A DNA stretch of 62,641 nucleotides, the filler included, from Choristocarpus tenellus KU-1152 (Eukaryota; Protista; Phaeophyceae), in the NCBI GenBank assembly GCA_964200185.2. It is 10 parts of 10 records of this genome, joined end to end, with 100 filler letters (N's around TTAATTAATTAA, not from the genome) between each part and the next. Parts side by side here need not be neighbours in the genome. Positions count along the whole stretch, not along the records: positions 1 to 18,432 come from CAXNAD020000553.1; positions 18,533 to 26,323 come from CAXNAD020005576.1; 8 more parts are not named here. One strand, written 5' to 3'. Both the position numbers and the translations under genes were made by a program. This document shows, piece by piece, positions 11,901-24,760 of this stretch. Position 1 is the stretch's first letter. The number at the start of each line of letters is the position of its first letter. The notes beneath the pieces are model-generated. The model was not told the origin of the DNA and searched no databases. It saw only the letters and a list, made by a program, of their open reading frames with translations.

Positions 11901-14900
11901 CATTATGACGGTCTTAGAGGATTTCCTAAATACTGGAAGGGCTGGCCGTCTTGACGGGCTTCAATCTGATGAGCGGGTGGGTGAATATGGCGACTTAAGA
12001 CATCAACTCTCTCTTGTCATATCTGCGCCGTTTATTTTTAGCAAACCCCTTCAGTAATAAATAACAGTAATCAACAACCACACTCAAAATAGGTAAAACA
12101 TGCCTGCGAAAAACTGGCTCCTAAGGTGTACTATGCATCTCTTAGACAAACATATACTTCAAAGGACTGAGTAGTGTATACTAATATACTAATATATATA
12201 TATATATATAGATATATAGATATTTAGATTTTTTTGAGTTAATACCTGCACCTTTCTTTGCAATGAGTAATATAAAATAATTTGTTTGTGTTGATTTTTT
12301 TTCCGTTCTGTTTGTACTTGTTCAAGTACTGAGTATAAGGCTTCAAGTACTGAGTATTAGGCTTCAAATACTGAGTATAAGACTTTAAGTGCTGAGTATA
12401 ATACTTATCTGTACTCACTACCCATACTGCGTGTACAAGAGTTAACAATGACTTAGGACTGGTTGTGCCTATGTGACTGGTCTTGGTCATGTGATCATGT
12501 GTATCTCTCAATCTTTTCACTTTAGATACTGCATTGGGTATTTTTTCAGGTGGAAGATTTCTTATTCATGGTATATATGGTATATCATGGCATATATGGT
12601 ATATATACCCCTAACCCTAACCCTAACCCCTATGGTATAAATGGTAAATATGTGAGGACATAATAATGAAAATATAGTGTATATGGTGTATCATGGTATA
12701 TATATAGTGTATCATGGTATATATATAGTGTATCATGGTATATATATAGTGTATCATGGTATATATATAGTGTATCATGGTATATATGGTGTATCATGGT
12801 ATATATGGTGTATCATGGTATATATATAGTGTATCATGGTATATATATAGTGTATCATGGTATATATATAGTGTATCATGGTATATATGGTGTATCATGG
12901 TATATATATAGTGTATCATGGTATATAGGGTGTATCATGGTATATATATAGTGTATCATGGTACAAAACACCAGCTGGTGTTTGGTTTAGCCTTCAATGT
13001 TTTTACGGTATACATGTCTCTACCCTAACCCTAAGATATCTGCAACAGGGGTGTGTGTGAGGGGAACTGTTACCTATGATTGCCTTGTTTTAACCCTCTA
13101 TTTTTTTAATATTTTGTTTGTTTTTTATTTTTTGAATTCTAACTTGAACTGAAGATGTAGAATGTTGTGTACAATAGTAGTTACTATTCTATAGAAACAA
13201 CATCTCCCAATCTATCAGAGTGTCAAGATAGGAGGGGGAGGGGGAAACGCCTTATAGGTTGTGTACTGATGGTTTCTTGTACACATGATTATTTTAAGCA
13301 TGATGATTGATTGAGGGAGCTCGTGAAGGCTGCTGATTGATCCACTACTATTATGAACCCTAACCCTAATTCAAATTCCACCCTTCTTACTGGTCAGAAA
13401 ATTTTCATTTGCCACTGGACCTTCCTAAGAACCTTCTACTTTCTACCCTCTCCCCCATCCCTGTGGTGGAGATGCTCTATGGCATGTACTTCTTTTTAAA
13501 AAACTACCCCAGCCCTAACCCTAAGAATACTAGATTAGTCATTTAGCATTATTAGAATATTGGTGTAGGGCTAGGGTTAGGGCTAGGGTTAGGGTTAGGG
13601 GCACAGAACTGGTGGCCTAACAAAGCATGGGTAGGGCAGGGTGGGTAGGTAACCTTCCTATAGTGCTGTTTGAGGTTGATTTTTTATTTTTTTAGAATAT
13701 TGAGTGTCTGGTGGATGTCTTGATTTGAACAGAGACAAAAACCCTACCCCTCACTCCTATTTTTCGGATTGCTGGGCATTGCTAAGATCACCGCTTTGGG
13801 GTGTATATTATATTTGACAGTACATTATACTCTATATATGGAGTATTTGATAGTATATTATATTTGATAGTATTTTACAGGTGACTATTTTCTGTGTAAC
13901 CTTCTTCTATTTATCCTCTCTCTATGTTAGGGTTAGGGTGGAGACAGGTGTGGTGAGAACAAAAGAAAGAAATGTTGATAATAAATGATGGAAGGAATGA
14001 TAATTAGAAATATTGCAAGATAAGTCCAAAACAAGACTTGAACATATTGAGAACAGGATGGACCATGAGTAATCATCATTACCTATCTGTTGCTGGGGTA
14101 ATACTGTATCCTATTGGTGCATGTAACCCTAACTCTATTGGTACATGTATCCTATTGGTAGATATAACCCTAACCCTGTTGGTACATGTATCCTATTGGT
14201 AAATGTAACCCCAACCCTGTTGGTACACATTATGGTACCCTATTTGTGCTTTTAACCCTAACCCTATTGGTACACATTATGGTACCCTATTTATACTTTT
14301 AACCCTAACCCTATTGGTACACGTTATGATACCCTATTGGTGAATGTAACCCTAACCCTAACCCTAACCCATGTATCCTATTGTCCTATCGTCCTATTGG
14401 TACATGTAAGTATGAAGTTTTGTGATTCATCTACTCTTTTTGATGTTGACATGGTCTTGAATTTTGACATTCCCCAGGTCAAGAGTATGTCAGGCTTCTG
14501 CAATATTTGGGGAGTGGGACCTAGAGGAGCTGCTGAGCTGTATACCAAGGGTTTTCGGACAATACAAGACCTCCATGAGAGGGGCAGGCACCTCCTGGAT
14601 CGCAGGCAGCAGATCGGACTGGACAGGTATGATAGGACTGGATAGGTATGATAGAACTGGACAGGTGTGGTAAGACTGGACTGGCATGTTTGACAGGTAT
14701 TATTGAGTGCACATCATTAGTGTACAAGTGAATGGAGGAGGATTCTTGAGTGTGTATGTATCTGATATTGGATCAGAGTGTTTGGATGTATTTATTCATT
14801 TACAACAGGAATAGAAAATGTGTGAATAGGAGAGAATGGCAAATGGGCAGTGTGTGTTCACCTGAGTCCAGTTCTTGATTACAGACTCCTGTAGTATAGT

Positions 14901-16966
14901 TATATTTCCATTACAAAAACTGCAATCTTTAGTATATTATTATTGTTTGAGTTAGTCCTAGTAATAGTATTAGTGTTAGGGTTATTATTATTATTATTAT
15001 TGTTATTATTATTATTGTTTTGTACCTTGTTCATCGACCTTCAGTGAGGTTGTGCACAGGCAGCGTGAGACATCCCTTCAATCCCCCCAAGCTGGCCCTA
15101 ACCCTAACCCTAACCCTAGTAAAAATGCCTTTTTCGTGTCTCTCCTTACCTGTTACAACTTGCTTGATTTTTTAACCCTACACACCCCATTTTTAAATTA
15201 TTATTTTTAAATTATTATTTCCTTTTCCTTTCTTTTCTCTTTCCGTTTTTTGAATTGTGCTCTGTGATGCTTTTTCAACCTCAATCAACCAATCTCACAC
15301 GACCAACTTTTTCTGGTTGGTAATGTATTCACCTGTTTTTTCTTTTTATTATCTTTCTTTTTTCTTCTATTACTTTTTCTTCTTTTCTTCATTTTTTTAT
15401 TTTCTTTTTTAGTTTTTAGTTTTTCTGCTTTGACTGCTTTCCCTTAATTCTCTTATTCTGGAGGACATTTTTATTCTCAAGTAGTGTATTGCTTTCTTTG
15501 GAGTACCTTTTTTGGTCTGGGACCCCACAAGAATGGAAATAACAAAAATATAAACTAGTAATATATTGTAGCTCTGTAATAACAATACTCTAAGTGCTGA
15601 TATTGACCTCATTATAACAACAATGAGAATAATAATAGCAATAATAACAAAATGTAATAATAATAATAATAATAATGACATTTTTTGCTCGTCCAAACTG
15701 GACTTGGGTGGTTGTATCAGTAGTATCACTATCACTATCACTAGCTCTTAAAAGTAGAACAATAAATTAATGCTTTTTTCTCATTCCGGATGTTTAACAA
15801 TAATAATAATATTAATAACAATAATAATAATTATTATAATTATTACTATTATGCTACTACTACTAATAGTTGTGGTAATGATGCAATGGTGGTGGTTAGG
15901 TATGATGATCTCCTCCAGCGTATGCCCAGAGCAGAGGCGGCTGAGATCGAGATGGTTGTAACCCTGGCTGCCCAGGAACTCCTCCCTGGAGTAAGGTGTC
16001 AGGTACTATCATGCAGGAGGACCTGCTGGTCCAACCCAGTCCTGTACAAGTTATTTTGTTTTATATATATATATATATATATATTCGCTCTCTCACATCA
16101 TCTCACATCACTTTCTCATATCATTTTCTCACATCACTACATGTTTCTAATTCTTGTTTTCTCTGCAGTCAGTTTTGTCCATAAATTTGTGACTTTTGCT
16201 CTTTGGCTGGCTCTGGGGTTATCTTTATATTAAAATGGTCACTATTATTTTGTGTGTCTTAGTGTGAAACAACATGTAGAGCTTTGAACTGAATCCCAGA
16301 AATTGTGATGTGTATGCCTAAGTATGAGTAAGAGTCATGGTGCATGGTGCCATCTAGTCTCGAATTGTCATGATGCCACTTTTATCTAAGAATATTCTAA
16401 GAATACTTCCGATCTGTATCACCCTTTTCACCAAGTGTCTATTATAATTACAAGATAATAATAATAAATATTATAAAACAGAATAAAAGTGTTTGAGTGT
16501 GTCAATGGATCTCTTGCACAAGAACTTTGATCTTCCAATTTCCCACCTAATACCCTAACCCTTTCTCAATTGAGAGAAATTTCTCCATCTCTCATCAAAT
16601 TTCTCCCTCCAACTCTCTCTTCCTTTCATGTACCAATGCATTCAATAATTCACCCTGATTTCTTACATACTATACTCTATTTTGGCAGCACCTATGATAC
16701 TGACAATAAAAGATATTGAAATTGACAGCAGAAGGGGTACCCTCTTGACTTGTGTCAATGTCTTGCATGCCCATTTACAGTAGTCTTCGTCACAGCCACC
16801 CCCCGGCCCTGAACCAAATCGTGGCCAGGTGACATGCTGTGTTGACTGTGTGTGTATTCCTACCCTTTCTATGGTTTATCCTTGGCAGGCGTGTGGCAGT
16901 TTTCGACGTGGAAAAGAAACATGTGGAGATGTCGACATACTCATCCGCCCTCCAGAGGGCCAAGAG
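8992..16966 (+). CDS. POLL: Family X DNA polymerase (Pol lambda-like) with BRCT domain, 3'-partial; exons 8992-10617, 11198-11362, 11854-11976, 14478-14626, 15900-16002, 16889-16966
   Basis: BRCT ([20 protein letters not shown]...[11 protein letters not shown]); 8-kDa domain ([14 protein letters not shown]...[13 protein letters not shown]; [18 protein letters not shown]); HhH ([24 protein letters not shown]); [18 protein letters not shown]; palm motif [23 protein letters not shown] introns with consistent phases. The start ATG is the first in-frame ATG (assumed). A further exon at 17040-17104 is possible; the remaining C-terminus was not found before the contig end. Confidence 0.9.
12675..12962. 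repeat. ~19-21 bp minisatellite (TATATATATAGTGTATCATGG)n in PolX intron 3
   Basis: Tandem copies seen directly. Confidence 0.95.
14105..14408. repeat. Degenerate minisatellite mixing CCCTAA and CCTATTGGTACA units in PolX intron 3
   Basis: Repeated (a)accctaaccctattggtacac blocks. Confidence 0.8.
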
Positions 16967-17992
16967 GTAAGAGGTGTGCATACCAGTGCAGTACAGTACG
17001 GTACATTAGAGTAGTAATACTGTGATTGTGATTGTACAGGGGGGGCAGGCAAGGAGGTGGAGGGCGGGGGACCTTGATACAGCCATCTTCTGGTTGCTTT
17101 TGAGGTATGTTTGGTTTAAGAGGGATGGGGTTAGGGTTATAAGATGACGAGGGTATGTACATTGTATAGTGTTAGGGTCAGGGTAACATTGATTGGTTCT
17201 ATGTTGAGTGCGGGCGATGATAATCAATGTAGTGTTTATTATAGTTTATATTGTGGTGTGTTTACCCTGGAGACTAGTTTGGGTAGACGTTTGATTGATC
17301 AATTTTTCTAAGGTGTGCGTCCTTGCACCAAGTAATGGATTGTGCGTCTTTTGTCCTACCTAACTGTACAACTAGCACAGCAAATAGTACTAGTAGTAGT
17401 AGTAGTAGTAGTAGTACAACTAGTAGTAGTAGTCATAAGCAGATTTTCTGTTTTTTTATCCATGTATTGCCACCAGAATAGCAGGTTCATTGCTGAAGTG
17501 TTAGGGTTAGGGTTATTAATAGTATCCACCCACTCTACCCCCCCTCCATGAGTGACTTGCAGCTAGTCGAATTTTTATTATTTTCTGACACAAGGAAGCT
17601 GGACCGGATGAGGTTGTTGTACACCAAGTAGAGAAGGACGTTTCAATGGTTGTTTGTTGGACGTGATTGACTCAAAGTATATGGGGGGGGTTGCGGCTGT
17701 CCATTCAGGGCCCATTTTTCCATGTTGTAATTCAAAGTTTTTGGTGATTTGGTTGTATGTATTGGATGGATAATGTAAGTGCACTTGTCCTGGTCAGGGT
17801 CCGAAGGGAAACCCTGGTGTAACCCCCCCCACCCCCCCCAACAGATACTTTGAGGCATGTGTATCCTTCGTGTAAGGGGAATGTACTTTGTAATTCACCT
17901 TTGGTGGGAAGAAGTGCCCTCTTGGATGGTTAGGGTTAGGATAGAGCATTCTAGTGCTTGATATGTGTGCATACCAAAGCACTGTTAGTATT

Positions 17993-18432
17993 AGTATTAC
18001 CATTATTGTATTAATATTATTGCATCACTATTACCATTACTGTTATGGTATTAATATTATTGCATCACTATTACCATTACCATTATTGTATTAATATTAT
18101 TGCATTATTATTACCATTACCATTATTGTATTAATATTATTGCATCACTATTACCATTACCGTTATGGTATTAATATTATTGCATCACTATTACCATTAC
18201 CATTATTGTATTAATATTATTGCATCATTATTACCATTACCATTATTGTATTAATATTATTGCATCACAATCACCATTACCATTATTGTATTAATATTAT
18301 TGCATCACTATTACCATTACCATTATTGTATTAATATTATTGCATCACTATTACCATTACCGTTATTGTATTAATATTATTGCATCACTATTACCATTAC
18401 CATTATTGTATTAATATTATTGCATCATTATT
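17993..18432. repeat. 40-bp tandem repeat (CATTATTGTATTAATATTATTGCATCACTATTACCATTAC)n running to the contig end
   Basis: About 11 near-identical units. Confidence 0.95.
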
Positions 18433-18532
18433 NNNNNNNNNNNNNNNNNNNNNNNNNNNNNNNNNNNNNNNNNNNNTTAATTAATTAANNNNNNNNNNNN
18501 NNNNNNNNNNNNNNNNNNNNNNNNNNNNNNNN
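18433..18532. other. Artificial contig spacer 44N-TTAATTAATTAA-44N; also at 26324, 30498, 35451, 43593, 47307, 51421, 54307, 57068 (100 nt each)
   Basis: Identical structure nine times; the linker has stops in all six frames. Confidence 0.98.
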
Positions 18533-18717
18533 AAAAAAAAAAAAAAAAAAAAAAAAGACACAGATAAAAAAAACACAGAATTTTTTTTTTTTTTGTGTGA
18601 TTTCGAATTGAAAAAAAAATTAAGGAAACGAGCCAGCAAGCATTTGGTACAATAAAAATTCTCAGTAGAGAGATCATTTAACTTTATTCAGTAGGAGCAA
18701 CCATCAGGGTCAATCCA

Positions 18718-18754
<37 letters not shown>

Positions 18755-20629
18755 AAATTCAACATTGCCATTTCCTCCTCCTTCCCCGCCCCCCCCCAAA
18801 AAACCAAAAAAAGAGAAAAGAACGGGCGAAATCATTTCAGAAAAAAAGAAAATGTAAAGCTCAACGTAGGGGAGAATCAGGGCCTACATCTATCTGTGAT
18901 TGCACCATCTAGTTTGGGGCCTACCACGTGCTTGTTGGCTTTGATGAAGGCTGACTTCACACCTGTGGTGACACAACATGTACCAGCTGCATCTCATCAA
19001 CCCAGTCACTGACGCCTTGAAGGGTCTACAAAAAGTCACCATATTTTCAGTCTCAGTTGAACGACATCCTCGATATTCACCAGTGATCTCTTCAACACCC
19101 ATTCAAAACCCATATCAACACTAACAGACTTGAGGATTCATCCTCACAACTGCATACACACACACACACACACACACACATTAGTTGTACAAACGGATAT
19201 AGAGCAATACTCACTCTTAAGGTTAATGCCATCAATGCTCTCATGTTGTCAATGGCCCGGCACAGTCTCCCTAGACACAAACAACCGTTTTGGCAACTAC
19301 TCTAAATTCAGAAAGTGGACAATTGACACGCATCGACTTACGTATGTCCAACTCAAGGACCAAGGGATGACACACACACTAGCCACCATAGGCAGCTAGC
19401 TAGCTCAACCCACTCCAGCCCCGTCTGCAGAAGAAGAGCACAAGAGCTTTCAGAGCCCACTCTAGAGCCCTTGGCATCTCCGAGTTCAGTATCCACAAGT
19501 CCATGTTCTTCTATTGCCCACCTTCCCAACAAATTTCACTCGCCAAATGGGGGTGTACCTTCTGAGAGCACTCACGGCATACACCAAAATCGGATGCTTC
19601 CAAACTAAACCCTAACCCTAACCCTAACGCTAAGTTTGAAGCACACTGCGACCGTGTAACTGTTGACGTTCAATACTGTTAAGTTTTATCAAATTTTCGT
19701 GTGCCCGCGCTCACCGTCCGCCAGGGTTTCTCGTAGCGTTTCTTTTTTTCAGCCCGTGCAATCATCCCTGTCTTCCTCAGGTGTCGTAGGACTGCGAATG
19801 GCACATGGTTTCCATCAGAACCTTCGTGAACCTGAGATAAAAAAATTCATGTGGGATGCAGAAAAACCCAACAAGCAAATATACATACACATATATAAAT
19901 AAATATATATATATTTATATTTATTTTCAGTTTTGTTTTGAAGGGTTAGGGTCGTTCGTGTTTTGGTGGTGAGGTAGGTGGTCCCAGGGTACCTACCTAC
20001 CGGAGAGATATCAGGTGCATAAAAGTGCATCATGCACCACTCAGTATTCCCTTTCTTGAAATAGAAAAAATAAAAATACTGTGCACGAGCATGTACACAC
20101 ACAGTATTTTTATTTTTTACACGCAGGTGCACACGCACTGTCCAATATATATGTGCACTCTAAAGCACTGATATATTTTGAATATTTTAAATATTTTGAA
20201 ATAATAAGAACACGATTGGAGCACACTCCCTTCCACCGGTTGCGCTAGGGTTAGGGAGGATGCCTGTACCATATTTTGTCTTTTACATTTTTTTGTTCAC
20301 CCCGGGTGACAAAATATATCGTCGCAAATTTCTAGTGAGAACAGAAGAATTTATTTTATTTTATTCTGCTAGCGATGACAACTATCGTTGAAAATTCGCG
20401 TTTGCTTCCAGGAATACAGGGTCAGACCTAAGTCAGTCATGATATGTCATGATAGATCTCACACTTCTGGGACCCATGCTCTTCTTCCCACTATACTATC
20501 ATCGGCTAACATCCACAGCGTAGTAGGGTACCCCCATGGAGCACTACAATTAGCAGGTGATGATTCGTATTCAGAAAAAAAAAACAAGGAAGAGACTGCC
20601 TCGAGATAGATTGAAGGGGTAGCGTTTGA

Positions 20630-21980
20630 CATTGCCCAAGGAGCATTGATGAAGCTACACAATGACAGCTGTATTTCACGTGGTAGGTGCCATATCGGGG
20701 TGACACTCTTACAGGTGTACAAATTGTCTGGATCCATCGTATCCTAGAGGTAAAAAGGTCAGCTGCGGATATCATTTCCGTCAAGGATGAAAAAAGAATT
20801 ACCACTGCTGCGAGGAAACAAAAAATCTCTTATAATAGCAACTCCCATTTATCTCTTTTTTTTATCCCTTAGTGTTACGAATGAGTCGTTGGGGATGGAA
20901 CGCTCAGTCACGTCGGATTATTGGATGTCCCTTGAATGGCAACACTTAATTGTGTTTGAACAGTATGTACAACTTATCCATATCCGAAAATGATTCTCCA
21001 CTATCAGATGGTACTTCAAAAACTTGGGCAAACATGCAACAAAAGTCATCACCAGGGTTGGAGTCTCGGGTGGAGCATCAACTCAACGACAGGTGTCGAT
21101 CAAGTTGGTTACGGATGCTAAACTAGATCAATAATGGTGAACAAGAGATATCTAATTGTTTGAAATTGACCAAGTATAATATTTCAGGCGTCAGTCTCTA
21201 CCTGCGCTTCTCGTTAGTATTAGTAAGTACAGTTTCGGGATACCTAAGGAGGATGGGTGCTAGGACTATACGAAGTAAGGGTCTCATGGTCAGTGCGTGT
21301 GTTGTTTCACAATAATGCACTGGGTGCATAGACCACGCAAGAAAAACAAGTCCAGTTTGAACAGCGTCACCAATGTAACCATGGGAGGAGCGATTGGTTT
21401 GTAACGCGATCTCAAATCGCTCAGCTTGCTATTGACTGCTATCAGGGTCATCGACTATGAAAAATTAATTTCCACATCTACCGAGACGTTGGAGAGAGAT
21501 TAAAACATTCAAAGGTGCACATTGCCCCAACAAAGTTGATTACATTTCTACTTGCGACATTGCAGCAGGTATGTAGATAATCAGAAACAAGAAGACATGG
21601 GTAAGAGCTCAAACGCTGTACCAGGAACGAATCTAAGCAGGTGCACACGATCAACTATAGTTTCCAATGTGTTTTTTGCATCAGAAAAAGTATCACCTAA
21701 CCACATTCTACTTACATCTATCTTAAGGTAACTTCGTCGGCTGCCTCCCGCGCCCACCAAACGCTCCCAGCTCTCTTTGAGCCCCACCCGGGCAAAGGTT
21801 TTACCCGGAACTCCCCATCGGCCCAAACCTGATATTAGGCCGCCACCAATACCTCGCCAGAAAGCTGGCATCTTTCGACATTGAGGTGGTCAACCCTTCA
21901 CCTCACTTCTTGCTCTTAGAAACGCCTTCAGAAGAAATAGAACACCCCAATGTTCAAAATTATCGCCATCGAATGATCCG
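20630..21980. mobile_element. Highly decayed Copia-like remnants (RT/RNase H-like on +, gag N-terminus on -)
   Basis: Plus strand: PRSIDEA..W, GVQIVWIHRILEVKRSAADIISVKDEKRI, GERLKHSKVH, KVDYISTCDIAA. Minus strand 21973-21910: FDGDNFEHW..LKAFLRAR (Copia gag DG-N-F/Y-xxW motif). Recalled-motif similarity only. Confidence 0.35.
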
Positions 21981-22792
21981 ATCTATGGCAAATTACCCGT
22001 CCTATCAACCCTAAATCTCCAAGGGTTGACAGTCAGGGCAAAGCTCTCCTCTAACGTGCGAAGGCTGCTGCAAGTCGGAGATCTATTGGACATCTACTCC
22101 TACCTGAAGCAGTGCAGTGAGCTAGTTGGAGGCTCAAATTTGTTGGGGTCAAGCTGGCGTTGAAGCTGTTACTTGGCTACTTGCTCTTGCTTGGCTGTTT
22201 GTTTGCAAAAATGTCCGAAGGGTGCGTCTACCCGTTGTATTGGATGAACCAGAGATGTAGCATGTACCTTGTCTCCTGTGAGATGTGCGCAGTGGTGCAA
22301 GGCGTTCCCAGTGGTGCGAGACGTGCTTGTACTCGTCTAGTAGTTTTTTGTGTTTGTTCCTCATTCAAGAGGAATCTTGGCACACTTACACTTGTAGGGC
22401 CGATTTCATTAGATGTACCCAGAAGTAGAAATTCTGCTCAGCTCTCGTAGAATGCAGGGTTTCATGGAGGCAAGGATCAGTAGTAGATTGCGTTGGTCCA
22501 TCGACCAGGCGACGGAGTGGGCAACGGACCCACAAACCCGCCACGCCTAGTATGATGGACGATGACCACGTAACCTCTGTTTCAACAGATGAGAAGGCTG
22601 TGCTTTCACAGAGTTTCAGTACCTCACTCTCGGCCAGGTCTGGCCTACCTGAGCGTCAATCCACTATGCATCCCTCAACTCAATGCGAAAGGCTGCGGGT
22701 TCTTGTTGCTTTAACCGCAGAACCCAAATGCTAACCTAATGTGTCCCTCAACTTGTCGTTCCTGGTCACTCTTGGTACACTCCCTGACGTAG

Positions 22793-23648
22793 GTTCCACT
22801 CCCGCCCAGCAGCGATTGGTCCATCAGTGCTGGCATCGGATATGTCTCGGCTGGCCGAGGAGACGTTAGAAGTGGAGAGGCTAGGTGCAGATTACATCCA
22901 CCTTGATGTCATGGATGGGCACTTCGTACCTAATCTCACCTTCGGTGCACCGGTACGAGTCCGCCCTGCATGCCTACCCTATCTTTCAACGCGACGGTTC
23001 TTGCAAACCGCCCTTGCCTCAAAATCTTGATGCCAACCTGATGGATGTTCAATCCATCAGGGCGGAGTTACAGATACAGGAAAATACATGCTAGTTCTCA
23101 CCACCTGCTCAATGTACCTACTCATTGAGAAATCTCTGCACATGTGCTCAGCTGCACCGCTTGCCCTCAGTTGGCAAAACTGTCACTTTGCATTTAAGGC
23201 TACTGTACCCAAACTTCTCATCTACTTTACTATCCCTATGCAGAGTCCCCCACATGAACCCCAAATCTCTCTATAGCTTAGTTTGTTTTGCCAAGGGCAG
23301 GCAGTAAGGTTGATGACTACCATTTCCATCAAAAATTTGACATACAGATGACTGCTGGCCTCCAGCTGTTCTCAGCTGTCACAATCAGCTATCAACCCTC
23401 CTAGCCCTTACTCTTCCTCTCACTTCAACCTTAGGTGTGTAGGTTGCCTTTGACAAGCATGAACCCTAACCCTAATGGACTAATGTACTGTTGTTGGAAA
23501 GACCATCAAAGGCTTGGAGCACAACCTCTATGATGCAAATATGCAGCCCTATAGAGCTAGCCCTTTGTTTCTGTTCTTGTCTTATGAGTTGATTGTATAT
23601 TTCCGAACCTTGACCCTACACTGTTTAGAGTTTGCGACTTAAAAATAA

Positions 23649-23686
<38 letters not shown>

Positions 23687-23967
23687 CGCACGAAAGCATG
23701 ATAGCCGCACATTTTTATTTTTTTTCTATATTTTTGCATGTTGAAATCTATTCACCGAGATATTTGTTCGTACTCTGGTCACGTGATGTATAGTTTTCCT
23801 TTTCTTTTTTGTAATTATTGTAAAATTATTTATTTTTATCTTGTCTATTATGTTCTACAGGTTATCAAGGGTCTTCGAAAGCACACCAAGGCTGTTTTGG
23901 ATGCCCACCTCATGGTTTCGCATCCTGCTCAGTGGGTTGACGACATGGCTGCTGCTGGTGTGGACAG
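22793..23967 (+). CDS. RPE: Ribulose-phosphate 3-epimerase (cytosolic type), partial; exons 22793-22952 and 23861-23967, possible micro first exon 22562-22569
   Basis: [13 protein letters not shown]...[23 protein letters not shown]|[35 protein letters not shown] are RPE signature motifs; AG/GT boundaries in phase. Later exons were not found in the contig. Confidence 0.93.
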
Positions 23968-24299
23968 GTGAGTCCTCTAAAGGTCAAAAGAAACTGTGCC
24001 CGGCCTTCAGTTATACCTACACCTCCTCAACAAGAAAACTGAAAATGCTCAGGTTGATCACAACATTGAGAACATGCTCTCTCTCTCTCTCTCTTATCCC
24101 TCTCTCTTATCCCTCTCTTGGACTGCGACAGTACTGGTCCATATCCAACAGAGCCAATCTAAAACCAAGATATTTATATATATATATATATGTTGTTACA
24201 TGTATATATATATTATGGAAGTTTTTTTTCTTACAGAAGCTTTCCGTATGCAAAATGCTATGTAGATCTTGCTCTTTGTCACTTATTTGTGAGATGCAA

Positions 24300-24760
24300 T
24301 ATAGTGTATGTAGTGTATGTAATGTATGTAATGTATGTAGTGTATGTAATGTATGTAGTGTATGTAGTGTATGTAATGTATGTAGTGTATGTAATGTATG
24401 TAGTGTATCTAGTGTATCTAGTGTATGTAGTGTATGTAGTGGGTGGGGTGTACTTGCTTTCGACCTTCCCCTCATATCTTACACATTTGTAACTGTACTA
24501 GGGCAGTATATGTGTGTGTATATGTATATGTGTATGTATATGTACATGAATATGTGTATGTATATGTACATGAATACCTGTATCTGTATGTACAGTATAT
24601 GCACATCTATATTTATATGTGTATGTGCACATCTATGTGCATGTATATATGCGTGTATATTTATGTGCATGTATATATGCGTGTATATTTATGTGCATGT
24701 ATATATGCGTGTATATTTATGTGCATGTACAGCATATATATGTATGTGTATGTGTATGCA
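24300..24760. repeat. 9-bp (TAGTGTATG)n plus TG/TA-rich microsatellites in RPE intron
   Basis: Seen directly; the source of the spurious 361-aa and other low-complexity ORFs. Confidence 0.9.

Noticed and set aside
18477-18488. Repeated TTAATTAATTAA palindrome
   Set aside because: Synthetic six-frame stop linker.
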